Assembly: GCA_046754465.1 (NCBI GenBank)
Contig: JBHHVU010000004.1
Location: 43,959-107,958 of the forward strand
DNA from: Nitrospinaceae bacterium
GTDB lineage: Bacteria; Nitrospinota; Nitrospinia; Nitrospinales; VA-1
Length of the DNA: 64,000 nt
Direction of reading: 5' to 3'
Below, in pieces: positions 39,920 to 50,168 of this stretch; the first letter of the stretch is position 1; every line of letters starts with the position of its first letter. The position numbers and the translations under genes were made by a program. The notes under the pieces were generated by a model. The model saw nothing but the letters and a program-made list of their open reading frames with translations, was not told the origin of the DNA and did no database searches.

Positions 39920-42037
39920 ATGAAACTCACCGAAGAATCCATTCTCCAGCGTCTCCGTAAAACCACCAGCCGTCCAATGAAAATTTCCGAATTGGTGAAA
40001 CAGCTTTCGGTTCCGGATGATCAACGCCGGGAATTCCGCAACCAGGTCAAGGAGATGGCCACGAAGGGTTCCCTGGTCCGGCTGCGGGGCGGCCGGTACG
40101 GCATTCCGGACGAAATGAACCTCGTCTCCGGAATTCTTCAAGGCAATCGCAAGGGATTTGGATTCGTGGTTCCCGATAAGATTTTTGAGGAAGAGGATGT
40201 GTATGTCAGCCAGGCCAACATTGCCGATGCGATGCATGGCGACCGGGTGACGGTGCGGATCGAGTCTCACCTCAGGGGAGAAAGGCCGGAAGGCCGGATC
40301 ATACGGGTCCTCGAGCGAAATACGGAGTCCTTGCTGGGAATCTTCGAACAGTTTGGAGGGAACGGCTGGGTGGTTCCCATGGACGATAAATGTTTCCACG
40401 AGGTGTTCGTCCCCGCGAAAAACCAAAAAGGCGCGAAACCGGGTCAGATTGTCGACGTCAAAATAGAAACGTACCCCACCAAGCACCAACCTCCCATGGG
40501 ACGGGTCGTCGAGGTCCTGGGCAATTCCGAGGACCCGGAGGTGGAAATCAAATCCATCTTCCGCAAATACGGGGTGCGACAAGGATTCCCCCCGCGCGCC
40601 GTCGACGAGGCGGAAAAGGCCGCGGCCGAGGTTTCCCTCAATCCCGGCGATAACCGGACCGACCTGACCGGCTGGATGATATTCACCATCGACGGGGAAA
40701 AGGCAAAGGATTTTGACGACGCCGTTTCGATAGAAACGTTGGGGACGGGTTACCGGTTGGGCGTGCATATCGCCGATGTCAGCCAGTTTATTCCGGAGGG
40801 TTCGGTATTGGACGGGGAGGCGTTGGAACGCGGGACCAGCATTTATTATCCGGATGGGGTGATTCCCATGTTGCCGTTCCAGTTATCCAACGAGGTCTGC
40901 AGCCTGAAACCGGAGGAGAAACGGTTGGCGTTGAGCGTTCTGATCGATTTCGATTTGGCCGGGACCGTTGTGGGATCCCGCATCTTTCCATCCGTTATTC
41001 AGAGCCGGTACCGGTTCACTTACACCCAGGTTGCCCGGCTTCTAGAGGAAGGGGATCCCGGAAAAAAATATGGTCCGGCGATGAACTCACTGAAGGACAT
41101 GCTCGCCCTCAGCCGGAAATTGAGAAAAAAACGGTTCCAGGAAGGGAGTGTGGATTTCAACATCCCGGAACCGGAGGTGATTTTCAATGAAAAGGGAGGG
41201 ATCGAGCGCATCGTCATCGCGGAACATAACCGGGCCCACGAGATCATCGAGGAATTCATGTTGGCCGCCAACCAGGCGGTGGCCCGGTATTTGCTGGAAA
41301 AGAACGTTCCGATTATTCACCGCATTCATGAACCTCCCGACGAGGACAAGGTGTCGGTTTTCCAGGAATTCATTGTGTCCCTCGGCCTGCGGCTGCGATC
41401 CGTCCGCAATGTCCGGTCGATCGACCTTCAGCATCTCCTGGAGCGGGTCCGCAACCGTCCGGAGGAACGCACGATCAATATCCTTCTTCTGCGAACCATG
41501 AAGAAGGCGCTGTATTCCGAGAACAAATCCGGTCACTTCGGCTTGGGATTCGAGGATTACACCCATTTTACCTCGCCCATCCGGCGGTATCCCGACCTGG
41601 TGATCCACCGGCTGGTGAAAGCTTTTCTGAAAAAGCGGAAATGCTCTCAAAGGGAGAAGAAACACCTGTTGCCCCGGTTGGCCGAGTTTGCCGAACAGTC
41701 TTCCCACATGGAACAAAAAGCCATGGCAATCGAGCGGGAGATCATGGACCTTCGCCGGGTTCAGTTCATGTCCGGCAAGGTCGGGCGAACGTACTCGGGC
41801 ATCATCATCGGAGTGACGGGATTCGGGTTTTTTGTCGAGTTGACGGAGGTTTTTGTGGAAGGGTTGGTCAGAGTATCCAGTTTGACCGACGATTATTATA
41901 TTTTCATTGAGGCGGAGCACAAATGGCAGGGGCAGCGCCGCCACCGCACCTTCAAGATCGGGGATTCGGTCAAGGTCCGGGTGACGGAGGTGGACCTTGC
42001 CAAACGCAGGATCGATCTGGCGCTGATATCCCGTTAA
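39920..42037 (+). CDS. rnr: Ribonuclease R
   Basis: HTH plus cold-shock domains, TIDGEKAKDFDDA, HIADVS, IEEFMLAAN, HFTSPIRRYPDL, S1 domain. Confidence 0.96.
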   Translation: MKLTEESILQRLRKTTSRPMKISELVKQLSVPDDQRREFRNQVKEMATKGSLVRLRGGRYGIPDEMNLVSGILQGNRKGFGFVVPDKIFEEEDVYVSQANIADAMHGDRVTVRIESHLRGERPEGRIIRVLERNTESLLGIFEQFGGNGWVVPMDDKCFHEVFVPAKNQKGAKPGQIVDVKIETYPTKHQPPMGRVVEVLGNSEDPEVEIKSIFRKYGVRQGFPPRAVDEAEKAAAEVSLNPGDNRTDLTGWMIFTIDGEKAKDFDDAVSIETLGTGYRLGVHIADVSQFIPEGSVLDGEALERGTSIYYPDGVIPMLPFQLSNEVCSLKPEEKRLALSVLIDFDLAGTVVGSRIFPSVIQSRYRFTYTQVARLLEEGDPGKKYGPAMNSLKDMLALSRKLRKKRFQEGSVDFNIPEPEVIFNEKGGIERIVIAEHNRAHEIIEEFMLAANQAVARYLLEKNVPIIHRIHEPPDEDKVSVFQEFIVSLGLRLRSVRNVRSIDLQHLLERVRNRPEERTINILLLRTMKKALYSENKSGHFGLGFEDYTHFTSPIRRYPDLVIHRLVKAFLKKRKCSQREKKHLLPRLAEFAEQSSHMEQKAMAIEREIMDLRRVQFMSGKVGRTYSGIIIGVTGFGFFVELTEVFVEGLVRVSSLTDDYYIFIEAEHKWQGQRRHRTFKIGDSVKVRVTEVDLAKRRIDLALISR

Positions 42038-42051
42038 AGGACAGGAACCCC

Positions 42052-44676
42052 ATGGCTCCCTTGCTTCCTTTTTTCCTCGTCTATCTGGGAGGGATTCTGG
42101 CGGCTCTACCCGCCGCCGTCCATTTCTGGCTGCCTTACTTTCTTCCCCTGCCGGTCATCGTTTCGGGGATTTTTGTTTTTGGGCTAAAAAAAATACCGTC
42201 AACCGGGCCATCGGAAAAATACTGGACCTGGCGATGGAAAAGGCCTCCCCCCTGGCAGTGGATTGTTCTCGGCCTTCTCCTTCCCCTGGGCTATATCTCC
42301 CTGGACTGGAACGAGCGTTTCAGGCCCTCCCATCATATCTTCAACCACCTCCAGGAGGGGCGCGCGGCAGTGGTCGAGGGGAGGCTGTATGAACCTCCCC
42401 GAAGGTCCAGCGGCCAGGTGCGGTACTTCGTCCGGCTGACCCGGATTCGATATGGAGGGGAGGAGATCGCCGTCACCGGCCGGGCGAGAATCACCCGATA
42501 CGATCCGCCGGATTCAATGGACACCTTCCGCGCCGGTGATATTCTCCGGTTCGTCAACGTGCGATTGAAGCGGCCGAGAAACTTCAGGAATCCGGGCCGC
42601 TTCGATTATCGGCGTTACATGGAGGCGCGGGGGATCGCTGTTATTGGCAGCCTGGGCCGAAAAACTTCCATCCAAAAACTGGGGACGTTTCGCCTGCCAG
42701 TAATGACAGCTCTGAGAATTGCCCTTCGGCACCGGCTTTTGAGCACGTTGAATCATCTTTTCCCGGGTGAGGAAGGAGCGCTCCTCCAGGGGATGCTGTT
42801 TGGGGACAAAACCGCCCTGTCCCGGGAAATCCGGGAAACCTATATCGCCACCGGAATCGCCCACCTGCTGGCGGTGTCCGGATTGCACATCGGGTTCGTG
42901 GCCGCCGCGGCGTATATGTTGGTTTGGCCCATGATGTTTTACGGACTGTACCGAATTCGTCCAGAATGGTCTCAATCCGGGACCTCCCGCAAGGTGGCGG
43001 TGTTTTTGTGTTTCTTTCCCGTCATATTTTACATGTTTCTGGTAGGAGCCAAGGTTTCCGTGGTCCGGTCGGGGATCATGGTTCTGGCGGTGTTGGCGGC
43101 GATTCTGGTGAACCGGGAACGGCATCTTTTCAATGCCCTGCTGGCGGCGGCTTTTTTGATCCTGGCCTGGAACCCCAAAGCGGTCCAGGACGTGGGATTC
43201 CAGCTTTCTTTTGGAGCCCTGGCGGCGATCCTGTTCGTCATGCACCATTTGAACCAATTGTGGAGGGACCCGGTAGACCGGTTGGGAGAACCTTCCTGGG
43301 CTCAAAAAATTATCCGGGGGGACTATTCCCAAGAAGCGGGAAATTCCATCTGGCAGGGAATCCATCAGCGGTTGCAGCGTGTTTTTGCGGGATGCGGCTT
43401 TATTTCCCTCGCCGTCCTTTTTGGGACTTTGCCGATTTTGATTTTTCATTTCAATCGCGTGAGCCTGGTGGGGGTTTTTCTCAACCTGATCCTGGTCCCC
43501 TGCGCCTCGGTGCTGATCCCCTTGGCGTTGTTCTTGATTTGCCTGGGGGCGGCGGCCCCGGTCCTGGCGGGAATTCTCGCGGTTCCCGTTTATTATCTGC
43601 TGAAAGGATTTATCCTCCTGCCGGGTATTGTTTCCTCATGGTCCTTTGCCTCCCTGTATGTTCCCACCCCCCCGCGCCCGTGGTTCTTCCTCTATTATGC
43701 GCTGCTGTTTGGAGGAATTTTTGCCTGGGGGTGGTCCAGGAAGGATTCCAGGGACTCGGCCCCCCGGAACGTGTTCAATGAGAGGGGTCTGCAAGGGGTC
43801 CTCGTTTTATCGGCGGTTTGGGTGATCGTGTGGTTCATCTGGCCCCGGTTTCCGGAACTGAAATCGGGCACCTTGAAGGTTTCCATCCTGGATGTGGGTC
43901 AGGGGGAATCGATTTTTATTGAATTTCCCGACCGGAAAACCATGATTCTTGACGGCGGCGGGTTTTTCAAGAACGTCCTGGATGTGGGAAAACTTGTAGT
44001 GGCCCCGTTCCTGTGGAATCAGGGTCTCCGCCATATTGATTACCTGGCGGTGACTCATTCGGACAATGACCACATCAGCGGGTTGGAGTCTCTGGCGGAT
44101 TTATTTTCCGTTGGATATTATCTGGACGGCTTTCCCGGCACGAAGGATGGGCGGATAGCGCGTTTGAAAGGTAAATTATTGAAAAAAGGCGCTATTTGGG
44201 TTCCCCTGAAGGTAGGGAAGGTCTTCAGAATTGGAAACGCCGCCTTGGTTCCCCTTTCTCCGGAACCCCGAATGCTTGAGACCCGCGGAGTTGCCGCCCA
44301 TAATCGGGTGGGGAACGATTTGTCCCTGGTCCTGCGTCTGGAATACAAGAGATTCAGCATGCTGCTCACCGGGGATATCGGCCGGAAAACCGAGAGTTAT
44401 CTGGTTCAAAAATCCGCCCCGCTTCGATCCCGAATTTTGAAGGGTCCCCACCACGGCAGCCGGTTTTCCAATACTCCCGGGTTCATCAAGGCGGTGGGAC
44501 CGAGCGAAGTTATTTTTTCCGCCGGGTATTTGAACCGGATGCGGCTTCCCGCCCCGGAGGTGGTGCGGCGGTATGAAAAGGCCGGCGTTCATGTTTGGAG
44601 AACGGACCTCGATGGGGCCATCCGAATCACCACGGATGGTTTTCAACAACGGATTGAGAGCTATGGAATTCGGTGA
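42052..44676 (+). CDS. comEC: DNA internalization competence protein ComEC/Rec2
   Basis: NPGRFDY, GIAHLLAVSGLH, GFQLSF, LDVGQG, THSDNDHISG, PHHGS, RTDLDGAI; ATG at 42052. Confidence 0.94.
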   Translation: MAPLLPFFLVYLGGILAALPAAVHFWLPYFLPLPVIVSGIFVFGLKKIPSTGPSEKYWTWRWKRPPPWQWIVLGLLLPLGYISLDWNERFRPSHHIFNHLQEGRAAVVEGRLYEPPRRSSGQVRYFVRLTRIRYGGEEIAVTGRARITRYDPPDSMDTFRAGDILRFVNVRLKRPRNFRNPGRFDYRRYMEARGIAVIGSLGRKTSIQKLGTFRLPVMTALRIALRHRLLSTLNHLFPGEEGALLQGMLFGDKTALSREIRETYIATGIAHLLAVSGLHIGFVAAAAYMLVWPMMFYGLYRIRPEWSQSGTSRKVAVFLCFFPVIFYMFLVGAKVSVVRSGIMVLAVLAAILVNRERHLFNALLAAAFLILAWNPKAVQDVGFQLSFGALAAILFVMHHLNQLWRDPVDRLGEPSWAQKIIRGDYSQEAGNSIWQGIHQRLQRVFAGCGFISLAVLFGTLPILIFHFNRVSLVGVFLNLILVPCASVLIPLALFLICLGAAAPVLAGILAVPVYYLLKGFILLPGIVSSWSFASLYVPTPPRPWFFLYYALLFGGIFAWGWSRKDSRDSAPRNVFNERGLQGVLVLSAVWVIVWFIWPRFPELKSGTLKVSILDVGQGESIFIEFPDRKTMILDGGGFFKNVLDVGKLVVAPFLWNQGLRHIDYLAVTHSDNDHISGLESLADLFSVGYYLDGFPGTKDGRIARLKGKLLKKGAIWVPLKVGKVFRIGNAALVPLSPEPRMLETRGVAAHNRVGNDLSLVLRLEYKRFSMLLTGDIGRKTESYLVQKSAPLRSRILKGPHHGSRFSNTPGFIKAVGPSEVIFSAGYLNRMRLPAPEVVRRYEKAGVHVWRTDLDGAIRITTDGFQQRIESYGIR

Positions 44677-44821
44677 ATATTTCCCAAATCGCGGCGAGTC
44701 TTTCCAGTCACGGGGGTTAAATTGTAAAAATTACATATTTTCAATGAGTTGAATTTAACTTACAATGAGATATAGCTGTAAATCAATCGGGCCCGATCGG
44801 GATAACGGAGCGGAAACAGGA

Positions 44822-46015
44822 ATGACCCTTTTAAACACCAAGCAGTCGACCATCCTCGTGGTAGATGATTCTAGGCCCCAGGGTTACTTCATCAAGAAGG
44901 TTCTTGAGCAGGATTATGAAACTCTCGTTGCCTTCGATGGGATGGAAGCGCTGGAACTCTATAAACAAGAAAAACCCGACCTGATTCTTCTGGACATCGA
45001 GATGCCGGAAATGGATGGATTTGAAGTATGCCGCCGCGTCAAGGCGATGAGTGGGGATACCTTTCTCCCCATCATCTTCCTCACCAGCAAAAGTGACGTG
45101 AACAGCCTGATCAAGGGGTTGCAGATCGGGGCGGAGGATTACCTGACCAAACCTTTCGCTCCCGAGGAACTGATCGCCCGGATTCGCGCGGCGTTGCGAA
45201 CCAAAAAACTCTACAATCAGTTGGAGGCCGCGAATGCCATCATCGAACAGGAACGGGACGTCATCGCCAATATCCAGAGGGGACTTCTTTGCGATTCGCC
45301 GCCGAAAATCCCGGGGTTGAAATTTTTCATGGATTACCAACCCTCTTCCAAGGCGGGAGGCGATTATTATGATTTTATCCCCATCGATAATGATCATCTG
45401 GGGATCCTGGTCTCGGATGTCTCCGGTCATGGGACGCCCGCGGCGGTCATCATGGCCATGATGCGTGTCCTGTTTCGATCTTTTCTCTCCGAAAATCATT
45501 CTCCTCGGACCACCCTTCAGCAGCTCAACAAAATCCTGAGGCAGAACCTGGAGACCGGATATTTCATCACCACCTTCTACGGGGTGATCCATCTGCCGAC
45601 CCGAAAGATGAAATTCGCCTCGGCGGGGCACAATCCGCCTATTCTCGTGGAATACGATTCCGGTTCCGTGCGGGAGTTGTGGCTGGACAAAGGCATCCCT
45701 CTCATGATTCTCCCCAATAATGAGATGGCAGAGGGGGAGATCCAGTTGATTCCGAACAGCAAACTGGTGCTGTATACCGACGGGCTGACCGAGGCGAAAA
45801 ATGCTGAAGGAGAAAATTTTGGGGCCAAACGGCTGGCGAACACCCTCCTTGAACTGGGAAAGAACCTGCCCGCCGGCAACCTGGGTCAAAAAGTGAAAGA
45901 TGTAATTCATCGGTTCATGGGAGATAATAAATTCACCGACGATTACACCCTCGTCATCCTCGAAGTGGAAGCCCTGCACAAGCCAGTTCCCCTTTCCGCT
46001 CCCGCGCGGGTGTAA
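44822..46015 (+). CDS. Response regulator with PP2C/SpoIIE phosphatase output (RsbU-like)
   Basis: ILVVDD, DLILLDIEMP; GGDYYD, DVSGHG, AGHNPP, YTDGLTE, DDYT. Confidence 0.93.
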   Translation: MTLLNTKQSTILVVDDSRPQGYFIKKVLEQDYETLVAFDGMEALELYKQEKPDLILLDIEMPEMDGFEVCRRVKAMSGDTFLPIIFLTSKSDVNSLIKGLQIGAEDYLTKPFAPEELIARIRAALRTKKLYNQLEAANAIIEQERDVIANIQRGLLCDSPPKIPGLKFFMDYQPSSKAGGDYYDFIPIDNDHLGILVSDVSGHGTPAAVIMAMMRVLFRSFLSENHSPRTTLQQLNKILRQNLETGYFITTFYGVIHLPTRKMKFASAGHNPPILVEYDSGSVRELWLDKGIPLMILPNNEMAEGEIQLIPNSKLVLYTDGLTEAKNAEGENFGAKRLANTLLELGKNLPAGNLGQKVKDVIHRFMGDNKFTDDYTLVILEVEALHKPVPLSAPARV

Positions 46016-46203
46016 GACCGGACCCGTTTGCGGTCTCCTCTGGAATTTGAAGGTTCCCCGATAATGAGTCCTTCCTCCCCCTTGCGCGATTTTTTCGTAA
46101 AGATTTCCTCGCGGATGTGGATCCCGGAAAGGTTTCTTATTGAGGAATAAATCAAAATTTGCTATATACACTCATTTAACTTCCCTCTCAGTGAAAGGAC
46201 AGC

Positions 46204-46425
46204 ATGGCGACTCTTGAACAATTGAAGAAGCATATCGCGAAATCCAAAAACGACTTGACGGAAAATATCAAAAAAGCCGAGGATCCGGGAAAGTGTGTTG
46301 AAGTCAGGAAAATAAAGAAGAGGGTCAAGCGTCTTACCCGAAAAGTCGCGAAAATCGCATATTTTGAAAAGAAAGCCGAGGAAAGGAAGAAATCCAAAAA
46401 GGATAGAAAGGCCGCGGCTTCCTGA
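46204..46425 (+). CDS. Small basic helical hypothetical protein
   Basis: GAAAGGA RBS; Lys/Arg-rich 73 aa; promoter-like TTGAGG-N17-TATATA upstream; precedes gatC. Confidence 0.75.
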   Translation: MATLEQLKKHIAKSKNDLTENIKKAEDPGKCVEVRKIKKRVKRLTRKVAKIAYFEKKAEERKKSKKDRKAAAS

Positions 46426-46457
46426 TACTTTTTTACACTTATCCCCACCCGTCTCTC

Positions 46458-46739
46458 ATGTCCGGTAAATTCGATATTGACCGCATCGCCGCACTTTCCC
46501 GTCTCCGGCTCACCGATTCAGAGAAAGAGCGTTTGGGCCAACACCTGGAAACCATCATCGAGTACATCGATCTGCTCAACCAACTGGAGACGTCGCATGT
46601 GGAGCCGACGTCTCATGTGATCCCCATTCAAAATGTATTTCGGGAAGATGTTCCGCGAAAAAGCCTGCCGGAAAAGGATTTCCTTTCCCAGGCTCCGGCC
46701 GGCAAAAAGGGGCATTACCAAGTGCCCCGGATCATTTAG
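46458..46739 (+). CDS. gatC: Asp/Glu-tRNA amidotransferase subunit C
   Basis: [24 protein letters not shown]. Confidence 0.95.
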   Translation: MSGKFDIDRIAALSRLRLTDSEKERLGQHLETIIEYIDLLNQLETSHVEPTSHVIPIQNVFREDVPRKSLPEKDFLSQAPAGKKGHYQVPRII

Positions 46740-46747
46740 TTTCAGCG

Positions 46748-48202
46748 ATGCATCGAGCGACTCTCCTCCAGGCCAAGGCCGATCTCAGGCAAAAAAAATA
46801 TTCGGCGGAAGAACTGACCCGGGCGGTCTACCAGCGCATCGAGGCGGTGGAAGACCGGGTGCGGGCCTACGTCCACCTGACCCGGGACCTGGCGCTGGAA
46901 CAGGCCCGGGCGGCCGATAAAAAAATCGCCGCCGGGGAGGATGCGCCCCTCCTGGGAATTCCCCTTGCGTTGAAAGACCTGATTTGTTTGGAAGGCACCC
47001 GCACGACCTGTGCATCCCGCATTCTGGACCAATTTGTTTCTCCTTACGACGCCACGGCGGCGGCCCGGTTGAAAGCCTCCGGAGCGGTGATCGTGGGAAA
47101 AACCAACATGGACGAGTTCGCCATGGGTTCCTCCACCGAAAATTCCTGGCATCACCCAACGATGAATCCCTGGAAGATGGACCGGGTGCCGGGGGGGTCC
47201 AGCGGCGGGTCCGCCGCCGCGGTGGCTGCGCACGAATGCCTGGCCTCGCTGGGCAGCGATACCGGCGGCTCCATCCGCCAGCCGGCAGGATTTTGCGGGG
47301 TGACCGGACTCAAACCCACCTATGGAAGGGTTTCCCGGTTTGGGCTGGTTGCTTTCGCCTCTTCATTCGACCAGATTGGGCCCCTGACCAAGACCGTGGA
47401 GGACGCCGCCTGGATCCTGAACGTGATCGGGGGCAAGGATCCGATGGATTCGACCTCCGCAGAGGTACCATTGCCCGATTTCACCCAGGCCCTCAACCGG
47501 GGCGTGCAAGGGCTCAGGATGGGCATCCCAAAGGAATATTTTACTTCTGGCATTTCTCCCGAGGTGGAGCAGGCCATTCTGGAAGCCGTGAAAACTCTTG
47601 AATCCCTGGGCATGGAAAAGGTCGAGGTGTCCCTTCCCCACACCAAATACGCGGTGGCCACCTATTACATCCTGGCCTGCGCCGAGGCCAGCACTAACCT
47701 CTCCCGGTACGACGGCGTCAAATACGGTTACCGATCGCAACAATCCGGCAATCTGTTGGATATGTACATGAACACCCGCGAGGAGGGATTCGGGGAAGAG
47801 GTGAAACGGCGGATCATGCTGGGGACCTTCGTTCTCAGTTCCGGTTATTATGACGCCTATTACCTGAAGGGACAGAAAGTGCGGACATTGATCAAGAATG
47901 ATTTTGAGGAGGCTTACAAAAAATGCGACCTGATCATCGCACCCATTTCCCCGGTTCCCCCTTTCAAGCTGGGCGAAAAAATGGACGATCCGTTACAGAT
48001 GTATTTGTCGGACATCTTTACTATCTCCGCGAACCTGGCGGGAATCCCGGCCCTGTCCATTCCCTGCGGCTTTACCTCGGGGGAGGGGTTGCCGATCGGG
48101 TTGCAGTTGATGGGGCGGCACTTCGACGAAGCAACCCTGCTGACCGCCGGGCACGCCTTCCAGAAAAACACCGATTTCCATCTCCGGTCCGTCCCGATTT
48201 GA
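46748..48202 (+). CDS. gatA: Asp/Glu-tRNA amidotransferase subunit A
   Basis: [61 protein letters not shown]. Confidence 0.98.
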   Translation: MHRATLLQAKADLRQKKYSAEELTRAVYQRIEAVEDRVRAYVHLTRDLALEQARAADKKIAAGEDAPLLGIPLALKDLICLEGTRTTCASRILDQFVSPYDATAAARLKASGAVIVGKTNMDEFAMGSSTENSWHHPTMNPWKMDRVPGGSSGGSAAAVAAHECLASLGSDTGGSIRQPAGFCGVTGLKPTYGRVSRFGLVAFASSFDQIGPLTKTVEDAAWILNVIGGKDPMDSTSAEVPLPDFTQALNRGVQGLRMGIPKEYFTSGISPEVEQAILEAVKTLESLGMEKVEVSLPHTKYAVATYYILACAEASTNLSRYDGVKYGYRSQQSGNLLDMYMNTREEGFGEEVKRRIMLGTFVLSSGYYDAYYLKGQKVRTLIKNDFEEAYKKCDLIIAPISPVPPFKLGEKMDDPLQMYLSDIFTISANLAGIPALSIPCGFTSGEGLPIGLQLMGRHFDEATLLTAGHAFQKNTDFHLRSVPI

Positions 48203-48264
48203 AAGCGCCAAAAGATAAAATGCCTGTTTAGGCTTGTTGGCATGAATCCGCGATATTCCAGGAT

Positions 48265-49209
48265 TCAAAGCCCGGCCCCGGAGAGGAGGCGGGCGGCCAA
48301 TTCCTCGGCGAACAGGTCCAGGTACTGGGGGGACGCGGCGGAAAGATGGGGCTGGATCAGTACGTTGTCCTGGATCCAAAGCGGTGAATCCTCGGGCAGG
48401 GGTTCCGATTCAAACACATCCAGGTAGGCGCCGGCGATTTCCCGGTGGGCCAACGCCTCGGCCAGGTGGCGTTCCTTATAGACATTGCCCCGTCCGACAT
48501 TGTACAGGTAGCAGGTGGAAGGGAGCATCCGAAAATGCTCCGGTCCGATCAATCCGCTGGTTTCGGGTCCACCGGGTAGAACGAGAATGAAATGGTCGGT
48601 TTCCTTCAAGACTTCGGGGAACCGGCTGGGAGTCACCACCTGGTCCCCCTCCTCGAAATAATCCGGTGTCCCGCCCGGGGATCGTCTCACCCCGGTGATC
48701 CGGCACCCGAAGGGCTTGATCGCCCTGCCAATGGCCTGGCCGATTTTGCCGAACCCCAGGATGGTGACCCGGGAGCGGTAAAGGGACTGAATCTGTTGGG
48801 ATATTTTTACCCGCGCCCATTTGCGTTGCTGCTGGGCTTTCCGGGACAATTCAAAGGCTTTGCAGAAATAGAAGATCGCGCCCAGCACGCTCTCCGCGAT
48901 CATGGGGCCGTGAAATCCGCCGAAAAGAACTTTCACCCCGTCGCCGGGCGCGCATTCAATCCAGTCGGTCCCCGCGGCGGGCGTGGCAATCCATTCCAAT
49001 CGGGGAGCCTTCTCCAGCCATTCTTTTTTGAAATACCACACCACGGCCGCTTGCGACTGGGGAAGGTGCTCCAGGAATTCCCGGGAGTGGTGACAGATGT
49101 GAATTTCCAAATCCTGGACCTTCTCTTGGAGGATCTCCCGGTGCCGGGGTTTGAAGTTCCAGGCGTCCACATGGGGGTGGGTCAGGTAAACGAGAATGCT
49201 TTGGGCCAT
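48265..49209 (-). CDS. D-2-hydroxyacid dehydrogenase family protein
   Basis: ILGFGKIG Rossmann motif, NVGRG, LDVFESEPLP, PH; ATG at 49209. Confidence 0.9.
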   Translation of the reverse strand: MAQSILVYLTHPHVDAWNFKPRHREILQEKVQDLEIHICHHSREFLEHLPQSQAAVVWYFKKEWLEKAPRLEWIATPAAGTDWIECAPGDGVKVLFGGFHGPMIAESVLGAIFYFCKAFELSRKAQQQRKWARVKISQQIQSLYRSRVTILGFGKIGQAIGRAIKPFGCRITGVRRSPGGTPDYFEEGDQVVTPSRFPEVLKETDHFILVLPGGPETSGLIGPEHFRMLPSTCYLYNVGRGNVYKERHLAEALAHREIAGAYLDVFESEPLPEDSPLWIQDNVLIQPHLSAASPQYLDLFAEELAARLLSGAGL

Positions 49210-49302
49210 GTTCTTCCGTTGGATGTTTCCGCGTTTGAGTTGGGCGGGGTGTTGCAGGCGGATTTTAACCAATGGCGGATGAATTGACCATAAAAATCCT
49301 GG

Positions 49303-49347
49303 AAAAGCAAAAACCGCTCAGAAGATGCAATTCCTGTCTGAGCGGTT
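49303..49347 (-). terminator. Probable intrinsic terminator for the 49429-49812 gene
   Basis: 11-bp inverted repeat AACCGCTCAGA/TCTGAGCGGTT followed by T-rich sequence on the minus strand; the 14-nt loop is unusually large. Confidence 0.5.
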
Positions 49348-49428
49348 GTCGCTGAATCTGAAATCCCTGCTTCTTTATCCCAACGAATTCGGAGGATTTG
49401 GACCGCTGGGGTTTACTTTTCCTTGAGC

Positions 49429-49812
49429 TTATTCCATACAGTAAAAACGGACTTTGGCCTGGTCATCAGTATTTATAACCGTCGCGATATCATCCTGGGT
49501 CACGTTCATCCCTTGCATTTTAGCGGAAGAAAGGCTGTGCCTCAGTCCGTAGGCTTTGGCTTTTTTCCCTTCGATCCGGTCATTGAGAAACTCCTCGTTT
49601 CCCAAGATCACCTTAAGTTCTATTTCCGTATTGTCCAGGTTTTCGACCACAAAATCATTTTGGCAGCTGATAGCCATTCCCGGATGCAATACCACTGCTT
49701 CAGTGGAAGAATCTTCACTTCCCAAGAAGCCCTGGGAGGCGGAACAGGTGAACGCAAAACCGATCACGAAAAAGATTAAAGCCCCAAAAAATAAGGTTTT
49801 TTCCCCCCTCAT
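49429..49812 (-). CDS. Small exported hypothetical protein
   Basis: AAAGGAGG RBS, signal-peptide-like N-terminus, beta-rich mature part with two Cys. Confidence 0.8.
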   Translation of the reverse strand: MRGEKTLFFGALIFFVIGFAFTCSASQGFLGSEDSSTEAVVLHPGMAISCQNDFVVENLDNTEIELKVILGNEEFLNDRIEGKKAKAYGLRHSLSSAKMQGMNVTQDDIATVINTDDQAKVRFYCME

Positions 49813-50168
49813 GGTATTTCCTCCTTTCTGGATTCAGAATTTCGGAACCATTAATTGCAGAGGCGGAGGGTTTGAGAGCTTATGCCTTCTTGGATGACGC
49901 CGCGGAGCCGTGGATTCTTTTTTTGTGGCCGGGCAGGGCGATTTTGAACCGGAAGTTTTCGTCTGCATTCATCGGGAACGCCGGCGGCAGTCACCGGGTT
50001 CCGGAAGGGGGATCCGGCGACGGGTTTTGCCATTGAAAAAGAATTGCTTTCGGATGGGGACGCTCCTATATTTTTAGTCATCACATCTTCGGGTTTTATC
50101 CCTTTATTGGTTTGGAGTTCCCAGGTCCTTTTTCGCGGAATGGGAATTCCAAAGCGGGAGGTGGTGTC

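Noticed and set aside
44831..46171. Long antisense ORFs (446 aa here; similarly 32021-33082, 39689-40768, 12854-13753)
   Set aside because: Mirror frames of conserved genes, expected in GC-rich DNA; no recognisable domains.
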